From a bacterium (lineage in GTDB: Bacteria > Actinomycetota > Acidimicrobiia > Spongiisociales > ZC4RG35), in NCBI GenBank assembly GCA_028819345.1, contig JAPPLW010000007.1, positions 16,557 through 80,556 of the forward strand: DNA of 64,000 nt, given 5' to 3'. Below the pieces are notes generated by a model, which saw nothing but the letters and a program-made list of their open reading frames with translations, did no database searches and was not told the DNA's origin. Position 1 is the stretch's first letter; the number at the start of each line of letters is the position of its first letter. Positions 37,511 to 46,621 of this stretch are shown here, piece by piece. A program made the position numbers and the translations under genes.

Positions 37511-38231
37511 GGTCGAGGGAGTCCCGGCGGTCGAGGCTGCCCTCGAAGCGGGCCGGGTGCAGAGGCTCCGAGTCGAAAACCGCTCCGCCTCCAGACCCCG
37601 GATGGCGGAGCTGCTGAATTCTGCCCGGGGCGGGGGAGTGGACATAGAGATAGTGAGCAGCCTGGCGGGAATGGCGGTCACCTCTTCCCCGCAGGGAGTG
37701 CTGGCCGAATGCCGGCAGCTTCGGTCAGTGACCCTCACCCAACTGGCCGACGAGGTGGCGCCCGCCGCCCTGCTGGTGGTCGATCGCATCTCCGATCCCC
37801 GCAACCTGGGGGCGATCGCCCGTAGCGCGGTGGCGGCGGGAACGCCCAGGCTGGTAATTCCCCGGCGGAGGGGATCTCCCCTCACTCCCACAGCCTTCAA
37901 GGCGGCTGCGGGAGCCTTGGAGCGGACACGCGTGTGCGTGGTCTCCTCCATAGCGGAGACGCTCAGCCAACTTTCCCGCATGGGTATCTGGACGATCGGC
38001 CTGGCGGCCGACGCTCCCACGTCTCTTCTGGGGTTGGAGTTGCTGCGGGAGCCCGCCGCCCTGGTGGTTGGCGCCGAGCACCATGGACTGTCGAGGCTGG
38101 TGGCGGAACGGGTGGATCAACTGGCTTCCATCCCCATGGTCGGAGACACCGATAGCCTGAACGCGTCGGTCGCGGCCGGGCTGGCGCTCTTCGAACTGGC
38201 CCGGGTCCGCGGCTACCTGCGCAAACCATGA
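37485..38231 (+). CDS. rlmB: TrmH/SpoU-family 23S rRNA (guanosine-2'-O)-methyltransferase (RlmB-like)
   Basis: VVDRISDPRNLGAIARSA, VVGAEHHGLSRL, IPMVGDTDSLNASVAAGLALFE. ATG 37485 overlaps the cysS 3' end. Confidence 0.85.
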   Translation: MALAGYGARVEGVPAVEAALEAGRVQRLRVENRSASRPRMAELLNSARGGGVDIEIVSSLAGMAVTSSPQGVLAECRQLRSVTLTQLADEVAPAALLVVDRISDPRNLGAIARSAVAAGTPRLVIPRRRGSPLTPTAFKAAAGALERTRVCVVSSIAETLSQLSRMGIWTIGLAADAPTSLLGLELLREPAALVVGAEHHGLSRLVAERVDQLASIPMVGDTDSLNASVAAGLALFELARVRGYLRKP

Positions 38232-38273
38232 GCCGGATTTGCCCTCGAAGTGGTACGATCCCGATCTCAACCA

Positions 38274-38347
38274 GCTGGCGTAGCTCAGACGGCCAGAGCA
38301 GCTGATTTGTAATCAGCAGGTCGTGGGTTCGAGTCCCACCGCCAGCT
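38274..38347 (+). tRNA. tRNA-Thr (anticodon UGU)
   Basis: Cloverleaf read by eye: acceptor GCTGGCG/CGCCAGC, D arm GCTC/GAGC, anticodon arm GCTGA-TTTGTAA-TCAGC, T arm GTGGG-TTCGAGT-CCCAC. CCA is not encoded. Confidence 0.9.
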
Positions 38348-38492
38348 CCTCCAGGGTCCCTTCCTAAATGTGCCAACTTAGCCACAAACTGCGATAACCT
38401 ACTGTTGGGATGTCGAATCTTGTGTCCCCGTTCACCAATCTCGGGGAGGTACTTGAACTGTTGATCGTGGGACCTGTATTGGCAGGTCGCCG

Positions 38493-39107
38493 ATGAGGGG
38501 CCGCCACGCTGCGGGAGGCTGGTCACCCTTCTGGCGCGACATCATTCTGAGGACCGTCCTTGCCCTGTTGCTGGTTGCGATGGTCATTTTCATATGGTGG
38601 CTTTTCTCCGAGGACGACCTGTTCACGGAAGCTGTGGCGACAACCTCGGTCCCCGAGACCACCGCCACCTCTGAGGTCATGACCACAGGGACCGAGCCCG
38701 AGGAGGTCACCACCACCACCACCCGTCCTGCTACGACCGCGGCCACGGAAGCCGACACCACCACTTCCACCACTGCGGCGGTCACCACCACCTCCAGCAC
38801 AACAACCACCGTCCCTCCGCCTCTCGACCCGGCCCAGTTGGTGGTACGGGTTCTCAACGCCAACGGCGTCCAGGGCGTGGCCGGGAGAATGTCCGGCCTC
38901 CTGGAGGAAGCCGGTTATGGGGTAACGGCACCTGACAATCATGCTCAACGCCTGGATGTCTCACGGGTCTGGTACCGGGACGGCCTCTCCAGGGAGGCTG
39001 CCCTCTTGAGGGAGGAACTGGTTCCCGACGCGCTTATAGAAGCGATCCCGCTGGAGCAGGAAGGGATCGACATCGTGGTGGTCCTGGGACGCTCTTTCGA
39101 GGAGTGA
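38493..39107 (+). CDS. LytR_C-domain membrane-anchored protein with Thr-rich linker
   Basis: N-terminal TM helix, a T/A/E-rich spacer, then VVRVLNANGVQGVAGRMSGLLEEAGYGV...VWYRDG...IDIVVVLG. Confidence 0.75.
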   Translation: MRGRHAAGGWSPFWRDIILRTVLALLLVAMVIFIWWLFSEDDLFTEAVATTSVPETTATSEVMTTGTEPEEVTTTTTRPATTAATEADTTTSTTAAVTTTSSTTTTVPPPLDPAQLVVRVLNANGVQGVAGRMSGLLEEAGYGVTAPDNHAQRLDVSRVWYRDGLSREAALLREELVPDALIEAIPLEQEGIDIVVVLGRSFEE

Positions 39108-40012
39108 ACCAAACGGAGCACCTCCTGGTACAAAAGAGAGGAGCTTGGGGGCTCATCGGTGCGATCCTGGCCATCCTCGCGGTGGGGGTGGGGGTCCGGC
39201 TCCTGTCGCCGGCGATCCTCCTGGACGTCGGCGCCCTGTGGCCTATCGGCGCAGCTCTTCTGGCCCTGGGATGGGTGACGCGGAGGATCTGGCCGACCAC
39301 CCGACTTGCTCTTGCCCCGGTTACGCCGCTCGTGGTCTTTACCTGGCTGGTGTTCTCTGTCGCTCTCCATTTCACCGACATCGGGGCTCTCCCTTCCCGC
39401 AGCGCCGATCTGAGGGGTCCGCCGGTGGACCAGGCGGGTTTCTCGACACTTGCAGTTCAGATGAGAGAAGGACGGCTGACGGTTCTGACCGCGAGCGGTC
39501 CCTCTGCTTACCAGGTGGAGATGACCCGACGGGGAGGGGGCGCCGGAATCCCTTTGGCGGTTGAGAGTGCAGGAGACCAAGGGGGAGACATAACCATCAT
39601 TGATGTCAGAGACCCCCTTCCCTTCGACATCGACCTTCCAGTGCAGGACAACGCTTGGTTACGTTCCTCCGGATGGAGTGTGGGCCTGCATCCCGATCTG
39701 ACCTGGAACCTGACGCTGGCAGCCCCCGAGGTATCCCTGGATCTTCGTAGTATTCGGCTGGCGGGCCTGGCGGTGGCGGGAGAGGGCGCCATCAAGGTGG
39801 GAGAGGCATCGACACCCACAAGAATGGTCCTCAGCGGCTCCTTCACCATCGAGGTGCCCGCAGGGGTTCCGGTCGAGGTGCTGGGAGGGGCAGTCGTGCC
39901 TGAGGAGTGGACGGTCGATGGGGACACGGCTTGGTTCGGGGAGCGGGGCACCGGGTGGGACATCACCGTCATGAAGGACGGATCGGCCCAGATAATCACC
40001 GCCGCAGGCTAG
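39104..40012 (+). CDS. hypothetical membrane protein (4 TM helices plus beta-rich C-terminal domain, LiaF/DUF2154-like, tentative)
   Basis: GTGA overlap with the upstream gene. Hydrophobic N-terminal third. The C-terminal repetitive beta pattern (SLDLRSIRLAGLAVAGEGAIKVG...FTIEVPAGVPVEVLGG) supports only a tentative family call. Confidence 0.6.
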   Translation: MNQTEHLLVQKRGAWGLIGAILAILAVGVGVRLLSPAILLDVGALWPIGAALLALGWVTRRIWPTTRLALAPVTPLVVFTWLVFSVALHFTDIGALPSRSADLRGPPVDQAGFSTLAVQMREGRLTVLTASGPSAYQVEMTRRGGGAGIPLAVESAGDQGGDITIIDVRDPLPFDIDLPVQDNAWLRSSGWSVGLHPDLTWNLTLAAPEVSLDLRSIRLAGLAVAGEGAIKVGEASTPTRMVLSGSFTIEVPAGVPVEVLGGAVVPEEWTVDGDTAWFGERGTGWDITVMKDGSAQIITAAG

Positions 40013-40035
40013 GGGTTCACAACCCGCCCCTGCGG

Positions 40036-40041
40036 TATAGT
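40036..40041 (+). promoter_or_regulatory. candidate -10 hexamer (TATAGT) for a leaderless transcript starting at ATG 40049
   Basis: The hexamer ends 7 nt before the ATG. There is no SD in between. Confidence 0.35.
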
Positions 40042-40048
40042 GCCTCCG

Positions 40049-40720
40049 ATGGCGCTACCCGACTTCACCCTCGAGGACCAGGCCTGCCAACCGTGGACAC
40101 TCGGCAGCCACCTGGACGCAGGGGTGCTCCTGGTGTTCCTCCGCGGGGACTGGTGACCCTACTGCAATGGCCAGTTGGCCAGCCTGGCGCACCGCCATCA
40201 GGAGATCCTGGCGGCCGGATTCCGTACCGCGGCTATCGATGTCGACTCCCCATCCCGGCATGCAGCGATGGTGGAGAAGCTGAAACTGCCCTTCCCGATG
40301 CTCTCGGATCCCGACCGCTCACGCGCCATCGTCCCCTACGGGCTGGCCGACCACCGGGATCCCCGCCGGGTGGCCCTACCCGCGCTGGTCGCGGCGTTGC
40401 CCGGAGGAGAAGAGGCGTACCGGTTCGTGGCGCGGGACTTCGCCGATCGCCTGCCCGAGGCCGTTCTGTTGGAATCGCTCTCCTCCCACGAGCTTCCGCC
40501 CACGACTCAGCCGCCGCCCACGCCCGGCCGACCCGAACCCGGGCCGCGGGCTGTTCCTCTCCGGGCCCTGGTCCCCTACTTCCGGGGAGGCCACTACGCG
40601 GCGCTCTCCCTGGGCATGCGCCACCGCGGCCTGGGAGAGGAATTCAAAGACGACGCCAAGGCCTTCGTTGCGGAGATGGAGCGCTTTGTGGATGCCGTCA
40701 GAGCCCTGCGAGACCGTTAG
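40049..40720 (+). CDS. peroxiredoxin-like (AhpC/TSA, PRX_like2-type) thioredoxin-fold protein with in-frame TGA at codon 36 (candidate selenocysteine; alternatively a nonsense pseudogene)
   Basis: MALPDFTLEDQACQPWTLGSHLDAGVLLVFLRGDW-TGA(40154-40156)-PYCNGQLASLAHRHQEIL, in the same frame as track ORF 40175..40720. The TGA replaces the first Cys of the W-C-P-x-C motif. Confidence 0.55.
40168..40181 (+). promoter_or_regulatory. SECIS-like hairpin 12 nt downstream of the in-frame TGA
   Basis: UGGCC-AGUU-GGCCA: 5-bp GC-rich stem with a GU-containing tetraloop. An alternative pairing is GCCAG-N9-CUGGC (40170-40188). Confidence 0.35.
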
Positions 40721-40786
40721 CAGCATCTGGCCCGCTTCCCGTCTGTCGGGCTTCGGGAACCGCTGCAACTAATCTGGAGACCACTC

Positions 40787-42022
40787 ATGCCGACCACCGA
40801 CGGAACCCGCTTAAGCCGGATCGTGCTGACGATCTGGGGAACGATCGGCGCTTTGACCCTAGCCGGTTTCATGTGGTGGATCGCCGAGAAGATAAGGATC
40901 ATCTGGTTGCCGGTGGTCTTTGCCATCGGCATCGTGGTGATCCTGAACCCACTGGTGACCTTCTTCCAGCGCCTCCGGTTGCCCCGCGTCCTGGGAGCCA
41001 CGGTGGCCTATCTGCTTTCGGTGGTGGTGCTGATCGCCCTGGGGTCGGCTCTGAGCGTTCCGGTGGTCCAGCAGGCCGAGGAGTTCGCCGACCGCCTCCC
41101 GGAGATCTACGAGGCAGTGTACGAACAGGTGGACTCGATCGCCGACAACCTGGGACTGGCGCTAAGTCTGCCCGAGAGCACCGAACAGATCAGCGAATGG
41201 CTCTCGGATCGGGAGAATCTGGGCGCCCTAGGTGGCCTGGCCGATGCGCTGGGCGACGACCTGGGAGACACACTGTGGAGCCTGGCGGGCGGGGTGGCGG
41301 AAGCCCTGGTGGTGGTCCTCCTGGCTCCGGTGCTGGCCTTCTACCTGCTGACCGACCTGCCGCGGCTCCGCGCTCTCCTCCTGAGCCTCACCCCTCACCG
41401 CCACCAGGAGGAGGTCGTCTACCTGCTCGGGGCAGTCACCTCCACAATCAGCCGCTTCGCGCGCGGACAATTCCTGGTGGCCTCCATAGTGGCGGTGCTG
41501 GGGAGTTTCGTGATGTGGGTTCTCAATCTTCCCTTCTGGTTGATCGTGGGAGTTCTCTCCGGGGTATTGAACCTCATCCCCTTCGCCGGTCCGGTGGCGG
41601 GCGCCACCCTGGCTTTTCTAGTCTCCCTCCTGGTGGGAAAGCCACTCACCGGCCTGATCGCGATCCTGCTGTTCACCGCCATCCAGCAATTCGACAACCA
41701 TGTGGTCACACCGCTGGTCCAAAGGACCCGAGTGAAGCTGTCGGCATTCACCATCGTGGTGGCCTTGGTGGTGGGCGCCTCGGTGGGAGGCTTTCTGGGG
41801 GTCCTGATCGCAGTGCCGGTGGTGGGGCTCTTCCGGCTCCTCGCCGGCCACATGTGGCGTACCCGCGTCCTTGGCGAGGATTGGCACCAGGCCCGGGAGT
41901 CGATCATCACCGAGATACGACCTCCCGTGCTCTTCTTCTGGCCCAGACCTCAGGGGACCCCCCCTCCGTCAGAGACCGAGCCCGAGGGCGAGGACGAATC
42001 CGCGGTCAGATCCGATCCATAG
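40787..42022 (+). CDS. AI-2E family transporter (PerM/YhhT, UPF0118)
   Basis: 411-aa polytopic protein. VLNLIPFAGPVAGATLAFLV and FDNHVVTPLVQ motifs. Confidence 0.85.
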   Translation: MPTTDGTRLSRIVLTIWGTIGALTLAGFMWWIAEKIRIIWLPVVFAIGIVVILNPLVTFFQRLRLPRVLGATVAYLLSVVVLIALGSALSVPVVQQAEEFADRLPEIYEAVYEQVDSIADNLGLALSLPESTEQISEWLSDRENLGALGGLADALGDDLGDTLWSLAGGVAEALVVVLLAPVLAFYLLTDLPRLRALLLSLTPHRHQEEVVYLLGAVTSTISRFARGQFLVASIVAVLGSFVMWVLNLPFWLIVGVLSGVLNLIPFAGPVAGATLAFLVSLLVGKPLTGLIAILLFTAIQQFDNHVVTPLVQRTRVKLSAFTIVVALVVGASVGGFLGVLIAVPVVGLFRLLAGHMWRTRVLGEDWHQARESIITEIRPPVLFFWPRPQGTPPPSETEPEGEDESAVRSDP

Positions 42023-43181
42023 TCCTCTTCACGAAACGGCGGTCCAAGGAGAAGGGAGACTCATCGATCCGGGACGTGATGAGATCGGCCAGGATGCGTC
42101 CGGCCGCGGGGGAGCACATGATCCCGTGACCCGAATAACCCGTGTTGACCCAGAATCCATTCACCGGGGTCTCTCCGATCAGTGGCCGGTGATCGGGCGT
42201 CAACATGTACTGCCCGGAGTGCACCATCCACCGCAATTCCCCCCGGCGCCAGGCTTCTCCCCAGAAGGGGCTGATCCGGGCCGCCGACTCGGGTTGGGAT
42301 GGATCGAGCACGCCGAACACCATGTCAGAGTCGGGACGGACGTCCTCGGTCGGCTCCCTCCCCGGACCGACCGGCGAAGCATCCAGAAGAAAGGCGCCCG
42401 AGTATGCCGGACGCCAGTGGACGCCGGTGTCGTCGTCTATGGTCATGGGAGCGTCCGGGGGTACCCGCGCCAGGTCAGGGATCACAATCTTGTGGCGGGG
42501 CTTGACCACCAACGGTAGATCCACGCCCACCATCTCGGCCAGCTTCCCCGAGAAGGGTCCGGCGGCGTTCACCACCTGGTCGGCATGTATTGGTCCCTGG
42601 TTGGTCTCCAGTCGAAAGCCCCCGGCGGCCAGGGCCTCCACCGAAGAGACGCGGCATGAAGTGTGTAGCGGGGCCCTCGAGGCGGCGAGCAGTCCCAACG
42701 TCAGCGCACGGGGATCGATGAATCCGTCGTCGGCTCTGTAGCGGGCCTGCACCACTTCACCGCTCAGATATGGAAACCTGCGCCGGGACTCGGCGCCGTC
42801 GAGAAGCTCTATGTCGGTCTGACCCCAGGAGTGCTGGAGAGACACCAGCCGCCGCTGGGACTCGGCGCAGTCATCGGAGGTGGTTGCCCACAGGTAGCCG
42901 GGCTGGCGTATGGCCAACGGGGCGGAGTCCTCTCCGGTGACCTCGGTGAAATTGAGGATCAGGTCCACCGACTCGCGTACCAACTCCAGCTCCTCCCGAT
43001 TGTCGAATTGCAGGCGGAATGCTCCCGTCGACGCAGGGGTGGTGAGCGAGGCTGCGGCCGGCCTGGCCTCGAGAATCACCGGGCGTAGGCCGGCTTGGGA
43101 GGCCCAGAACGCGGTGGAAGCACCCACGACGCCTGCGCCGACGATCACCAACTCCGCTCCGGAGGGAAGGGCCTTGACCAT
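42006..43181 (-). CDS. FAD-dependent oxidoreductase (DAO family, sarcosine-oxidase-beta-like)
   Basis: ELVIVGAGVVGASTAFWASQAGLRPVILE dinucleotide fold and C-terminal GYSGHGIMCSPAAG. 17-nt convergent overlap with the AI-2E gene. Confidence 0.8.
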   Translation of the reverse strand: MVKALPSGAELVIVGAGVVGASTAFWASQAGLRPVILEARPAAASLTTPASTGAFRLQFDNREELELVRESVDLILNFTEVTGEDSAPLAIRQPGYLWATTSDDCAESQRRLVSLQHSWGQTDIELLDGAESRRRFPYLSGEVVQARYRADDGFIDPRALTLGLLAASRAPLHTSCRVSSVEALAAGGFRLETNQGPIHADQVVNAAGPFSGKLAEMVGVDLPLVVKPRHKIVIPDLARVPPDAPMTIDDDTGVHWRPAYSGAFLLDASPVGPGREPTEDVRPDSDMVFGVLDPSQPESAARISPFWGEAWRRGELRWMVHSGQYMLTPDHRPLIGETPVNGFWVNTGYSGHGIMCSPAAGRILADLITSRIDESPFSLDRRFVKRTMDRI

Positions 43182-43214
43182 GAGCCGAAGGGTACAGGGC
43201 TAGCCTTTGGCACC

Positions 43215-43934
43215 ATGAGCACAAGCACCGATGAACTGGCGGCTCACGACTCCTATCTGACCGGCGCCGAGGGAACCGTGATCGAGGTGGTGGAGGAAGG
43301 GTTGATACTCGATCGGACCCCCTTCTACGTCCGCGGGGGAGGCCAGCCCGGCGACACGGGAGTGATTCGCTGGGACGGAGGCGAAGTAGCGGTCACCGAC
43401 ACCTACCGCCGACGCGGCAAGGTGATCCATGTGGTCTCCGAACCCCGGATGATCGATCCCCGCACTCCCATCGAGACCGCCATCGACTGGGACCGGCGCT
43501 ACACCATTATGCGCACCCATACCGCCCTTCACGCCCTGTCGGGAGTGGTGTGGCGGGACTACGGCGCCAAGGTGACCGGCGGAGACATGAAGGAGGGGAC
43601 CGCCCGGATGGACTTCGAGTTGGAAGGTATCTCGCGGGAGTTCGGACGGGAGGTGGAGGGGCGCCTCAACCAGGAACTGGTCAAGGGATATCCCGCCGAG
43701 GTGCTTTGGATGGCCCGGGCCGAGGCGCTGGCCGACCCCGACCTGATCCGCACCAAGGTCAACCTCATACCCGCGTGGATCGAAGAGATCAGGGTGATCG
43801 ACATCGTAGGACTGGACCGCCAGGCCGATGGAGGGACCCATGTCCGCTCCACCCTGGAGGTCGGCCTGGTGAGAGTGACGAAGACCGAGAGCAAAGGCCG
43901 CGCCAACAAGCGCATGCGAATCGCCCTTGTTTAG
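43215..43934 (+). CDS. AlaX-type alanyl-tRNA-synthetase-related editing/hydrolase domain protein (tRNA_SAD)
   Basis: FYVRGGGQPGDTG, HTALHAL (HxxxH), DGGTHV. ATG 43215 is preferred over the track start. Confidence 0.8.
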   Translation: MSTSTDELAAHDSYLTGAEGTVIEVVEEGLILDRTPFYVRGGGQPGDTGVIRWDGGEVAVTDTYRRRGKVIHVVSEPRMIDPRTPIETAIDWDRRYTIMRTHTALHALSGVVWRDYGAKVTGGDMKEGTARMDFELEGISREFGREVEGRLNQELVKGYPAEVLWMARAEALADPDLIRTKVNLIPAWIEEIRVIDIVGLDRQADGGTHVRSTLEVGLVRVTKTESKGRANKRMRIALV

Positions 43935-43942
43935 CCAGACCG

Positions 43943-44515
43943 ATGTTTGACCTGGCCATCCTGGCGGCCGCCGCGCTCCTGGCTTTCCGCGGCTGGCGCA
44001 AGGGCCTGCTTCGGCAGGTGGCCAGCTTTGTCGCCCTGATTCTCAGCCTGCTTTTGGTTGTGCGCCTAGCCCCCAGTTGGGCGACGTTGGTGGAGGAGTG
44101 GCTGGGCATTCCTTACGGGGGTGCGCTGGCCCTGGTGGGACTGGCCCTGTTCGTCGGTGTGGGAATCGTGGTGTGGGCGGCGTTGCAAGCCCTTACCCGG
44201 GCGATGAGGTTCCCCGGGCTCAGCACCCTGGACCGGGCAGCGGGCGCCGCCCTGGGCCTGGTGTGGTTGGTGGGGTGGGTGATGGCCCTTGTCTGGTTCG
44301 CCTCCTTCCTTCCACTTCCCGACACCCTTACCGACATGCTCTCGGAATCTCGCGCAGTGGGGCGGATAACCGAACCCGATAACCTGCCTCGCCGGCTCCT
44401 CGACTCGGTCACCCAGGACCGTTGGGATGAGATGCTGATCAGAATCGGGGAGATCACCGGCAAGGTGGACAACCTGCTCAGGGACCTTCTGGGAGAGAGC
44501 GGCCCACCGCCTTGA
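43943..44515 (+). CDS. CvpA-family membrane protein
   Basis: MFDLAILAAAALLAFRGWRKGLLRQVASFVALILSLLL, with 4 TM helices. Start at ATG 43943. Confidence 0.75.
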   Translation: MFDLAILAAAALLAFRGWRKGLLRQVASFVALILSLLLVVRLAPSWATLVEEWLGIPYGGALALVGLALFVGVGIVVWAALQALTRAMRFPGLSTLDRAAGAALGLVWLVGWVMALVWFASFLPLPDTLTDMLSESRAVGRITEPDNLPRRLLDSVTQDRWDEMLIRIGEITGKVDNLLRDLLGESGPPP

Positions 44516-45195
44516 CCGGCGCCCGCATGGAGGAGGCGATAGTGGAGGCGTTCTCCTCCCACCGCGACCCCGCCCGCGCGGAGGGCATGAGCGCCTACAT
44601 GAGACACCGCTTCCCCTTCGTGGGAATCTCCTCTCCCGAACGCCGCCGGTTGGCGCGGGTTGCCTTGGCGGGACTTCCCCGGCCGACGGAGGACGACCTC
44701 CTGGAATTCGCCCGGGCATGCTGGGAACGCCCCGAAAGGGAGTACCAGTACGCCGCCATCGACCAGTTGCGAAAGGCGACCAAACGCCTCCCGGAGGAGT
44801 TCCTGACCGAATTGCGTTGGATGATCGTCACCAAGCCCTGGTGGGACTCATGCGATCCCCTGTCCGGAACCGTGGTGGGAGGGATCGTCAAGCGGTATCC
44901 CGGGTCAGCCTCGGTGATGGAGGAGTGGATCGCCGACGATGACCTGTGGCTCCGCCGCGCCGCCTTGTTGCACCAACTCAAGTGGAAAGAGGACTGCGAC
45001 CAGGAGCGACTCTTCCGGTTCTGCCGAGAGACCATGGAGGAGAAGGACTTCTTTATCCGGAAGGCGATCGGGTGGGCGCTTCGCCAGCACGCCCGAGTGG
45101 CGCCGGCCGAGGTGAGCCGCTTCCTGACTGCCAACCGGGGTCGGCTCTCGGGGCTCTCATTCCGGGAGGCCGCCAAGCATCTCCGGTTGACCTGA
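44512..45195 (+). CDS. DNA alkylation repair protein (AlkD/AlkC-like HEAT-repeat family)
   Basis: MSAYMRHRFPFVGISSPERRRL, PWWDSCD, LWLRRAALLHQL, FFIRKAIGWALR. TTG 44512 overlaps the cvpA stop. ATG 44527 is an alternative start. Confidence 0.8.
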   Translation: MTGARMEEAIVEAFSSHRDPARAEGMSAYMRHRFPFVGISSPERRRLARVALAGLPRPTEDDLLEFARACWERPEREYQYAAIDQLRKATKRLPEEFLTELRWMIVTKPWWDSCDPLSGTVVGGIVKRYPGSASVMEEWIADDDLWLRRAALLHQLKWKEDCDQERLFRFCRETMEEKDFFIRKAIGWALRQHARVAPAEVSRFLTANRGRLSGLSFREAAKHLRLT

Positions 45196-45199
45196 GCCT

Positions 45200-45805
45200 A
45201 TGGGCACTGAGGGACCGGGCGGCGCCGACTGGGACGATGTCTATGCCGGCGACGGCACCGACACCGAATCCTTCGATCACCAACTACTCGCAGAGGCGCT
45301 GGGCCTTCCGCCTGGAAGGGTCCTCGACCTGGGATGCGGCGCCGGAGGCAATGTCATCGGGTTGGCGGAGTTGGGCTGGACGGCAACCGGTGTGGACTCG
45401 TCCTCCAAGGCTATCCGATCGGCTCGGATCAGCGCCGGCAACGCTCAGGTCACGGCCAGGTTCCTTCAGGTTGACATGTTGACCTGGAGGCCCGAAGGCC
45501 CGGTTGACTTGGTGGTCATTTCCTACTCGCTTCCTCCCCGGGGGCCCGCCCGGGACGCCCTCCTGGCCATCGCCGGCCGATCCCTGGCGCCGGGGGGCAT
45601 GCTGATAGTGGGGGAGTGGGACGCGGAGGGAGCCGTCGGCGGCGATCCCGACCACTTCGCCACCCTGGCCGAGTTGACCGCCGCGCTGTCCGACCTTGAG
45701 ATCGTGCGAGCCGAATCCGTCGACGCCGATCCCCGCATCTTGGCCCAGGAGGATGTGAGAGCCGGAGCCTGGCGGGCGGTGAAGGTGGTGGCTCGCCGCC
45801 TTTAG
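45200..45805 (+). CDS. class I SAM-dependent methyltransferase
   Basis: Motif I VLDLGCGAGGNVIGLAELG. Post-I and motif II-like segments are present. Confidence 0.8.
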   Translation: MGTEGPGGADWDDVYAGDGTDTESFDHQLLAEALGLPPGRVLDLGCGAGGNVIGLAELGWTATGVDSSSKAIRSARISAGNAQVTARFLQVDMLTWRPEGPVDLVVISYSLPPRGPARDALLAIAGRSLAPGGMLIVGEWDAEGAVGGDPDHFATLAELTAALSDLEIVRAESVDADPRILAQEDVRAGAWRAVKVVARRL

Positions 45806-46404
45806 GGACGGGGAATGCCCCGTGGGGCCCGGCTCGCCCACCAGGCCGCAATCAGGGCCCCGACCATGTTGGCGATCAGGTCCTGCATGTTGTTGGCGTA
45901 GTCGCCCACCTTTACCCCTTCGATGATCAGATAGGAGAGGTATTCACCTATCTCGATCACGGTCCCGACAGCGTGGGCTCCCAGGAAGGTCAATAGGGCC
46001 GCCGGCCAGCCGCCGAAGGCCTTGAACATCCGGGATGTCGCCTCCCAGACAGCCAGACCGGCGGTTCCCAGTCCCAGGACGTGCAGGAAGTGGTCGTAAC
46101 CCAGGAACCCGAACCAGGTGGACTCATACAAGAGAGACTCGTTGATGACAACGTTCCCGCCCGCCATGTGGGCGAAGCCGGAGATGGACAGCAGCACCAG
46201 CACCTCGGTGGAGAAGCGAACCCGGCCATCAAACGCCAGCACCAAACCGACTGCGAACAGCATCCACAACAGGTAGGGGATCACCAGCCGGGCGCCCGTG
46301 CTGAAGCCATAGATGGTCCACGCCGCCACGTAGACCCCAGTCACCCCCGCAATCCACGGATGTCGGGTGATCGTGTGGGTGACCCGCGATCCGCTCGGAT
46401 TCAT
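45802..46404 (-). CDS. hypothetical polytopic membrane protein
   Basis: 200-aa ORF with ~6 hydrophobic helices and a 4-nt convergent overlap with the methyltransferase gene. No confident family. Confidence 0.6.
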   Translation of the reverse strand: MNPSGSRVTHTITRHPWIAGVTGVYVAAWTIYGFSTGARLVIPYLLWMLFAVGLVLAFDGRVRFSTEVLVLLSISGFAHMAGGNVVINESLLYESTWFGFLGYDHFLHVLGLGTAGLAVWEATSRMFKAFGGWPAALLTFLGAHAVGTVIEIGEYLSYLIIEGVKVGDYANNMQDLIANMVGALIAAWWASRAPRGIPRP

Positions 46405-46406
46405 AG

Positions 46407-46479
<73 letters not shown>

Positions 46480-46621
46480 GGGGTGGCGAAACTCGCCGGG
46501 CCTTGGATTTTATGGTAGTTGGGTAGTGGGTGCTGGGTCGTTTTGGGAGGGAAACAAGCTTTTGCCCGCCTGCGAGGGTTTCTGCGGGTCCTCTAAGGCC
46601 GGAGTTAGGCTTTTGGAACCT

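Noticed and set aside
38348-38492. Lower-GC 145-bp stretch downstream of tRNA-Thr as a possible integration (att) scar or island border
   Set aside because: There is no integrase, no direct repeat of the tRNA 3' end and no compositional island nearby. The flanking genes are core housekeeping genes in conserved order.
39907-42129. 740-aa ORF, the longest on this stretch
   Set aside because: Extreme Arg/Pro/Gly composition with no domain-like segments. It overlaps out of frame with the peroxiredoxin-like gene and the AI-2E transporter, both of which have clear family signatures. This is a typical high-GC shadow ORF.
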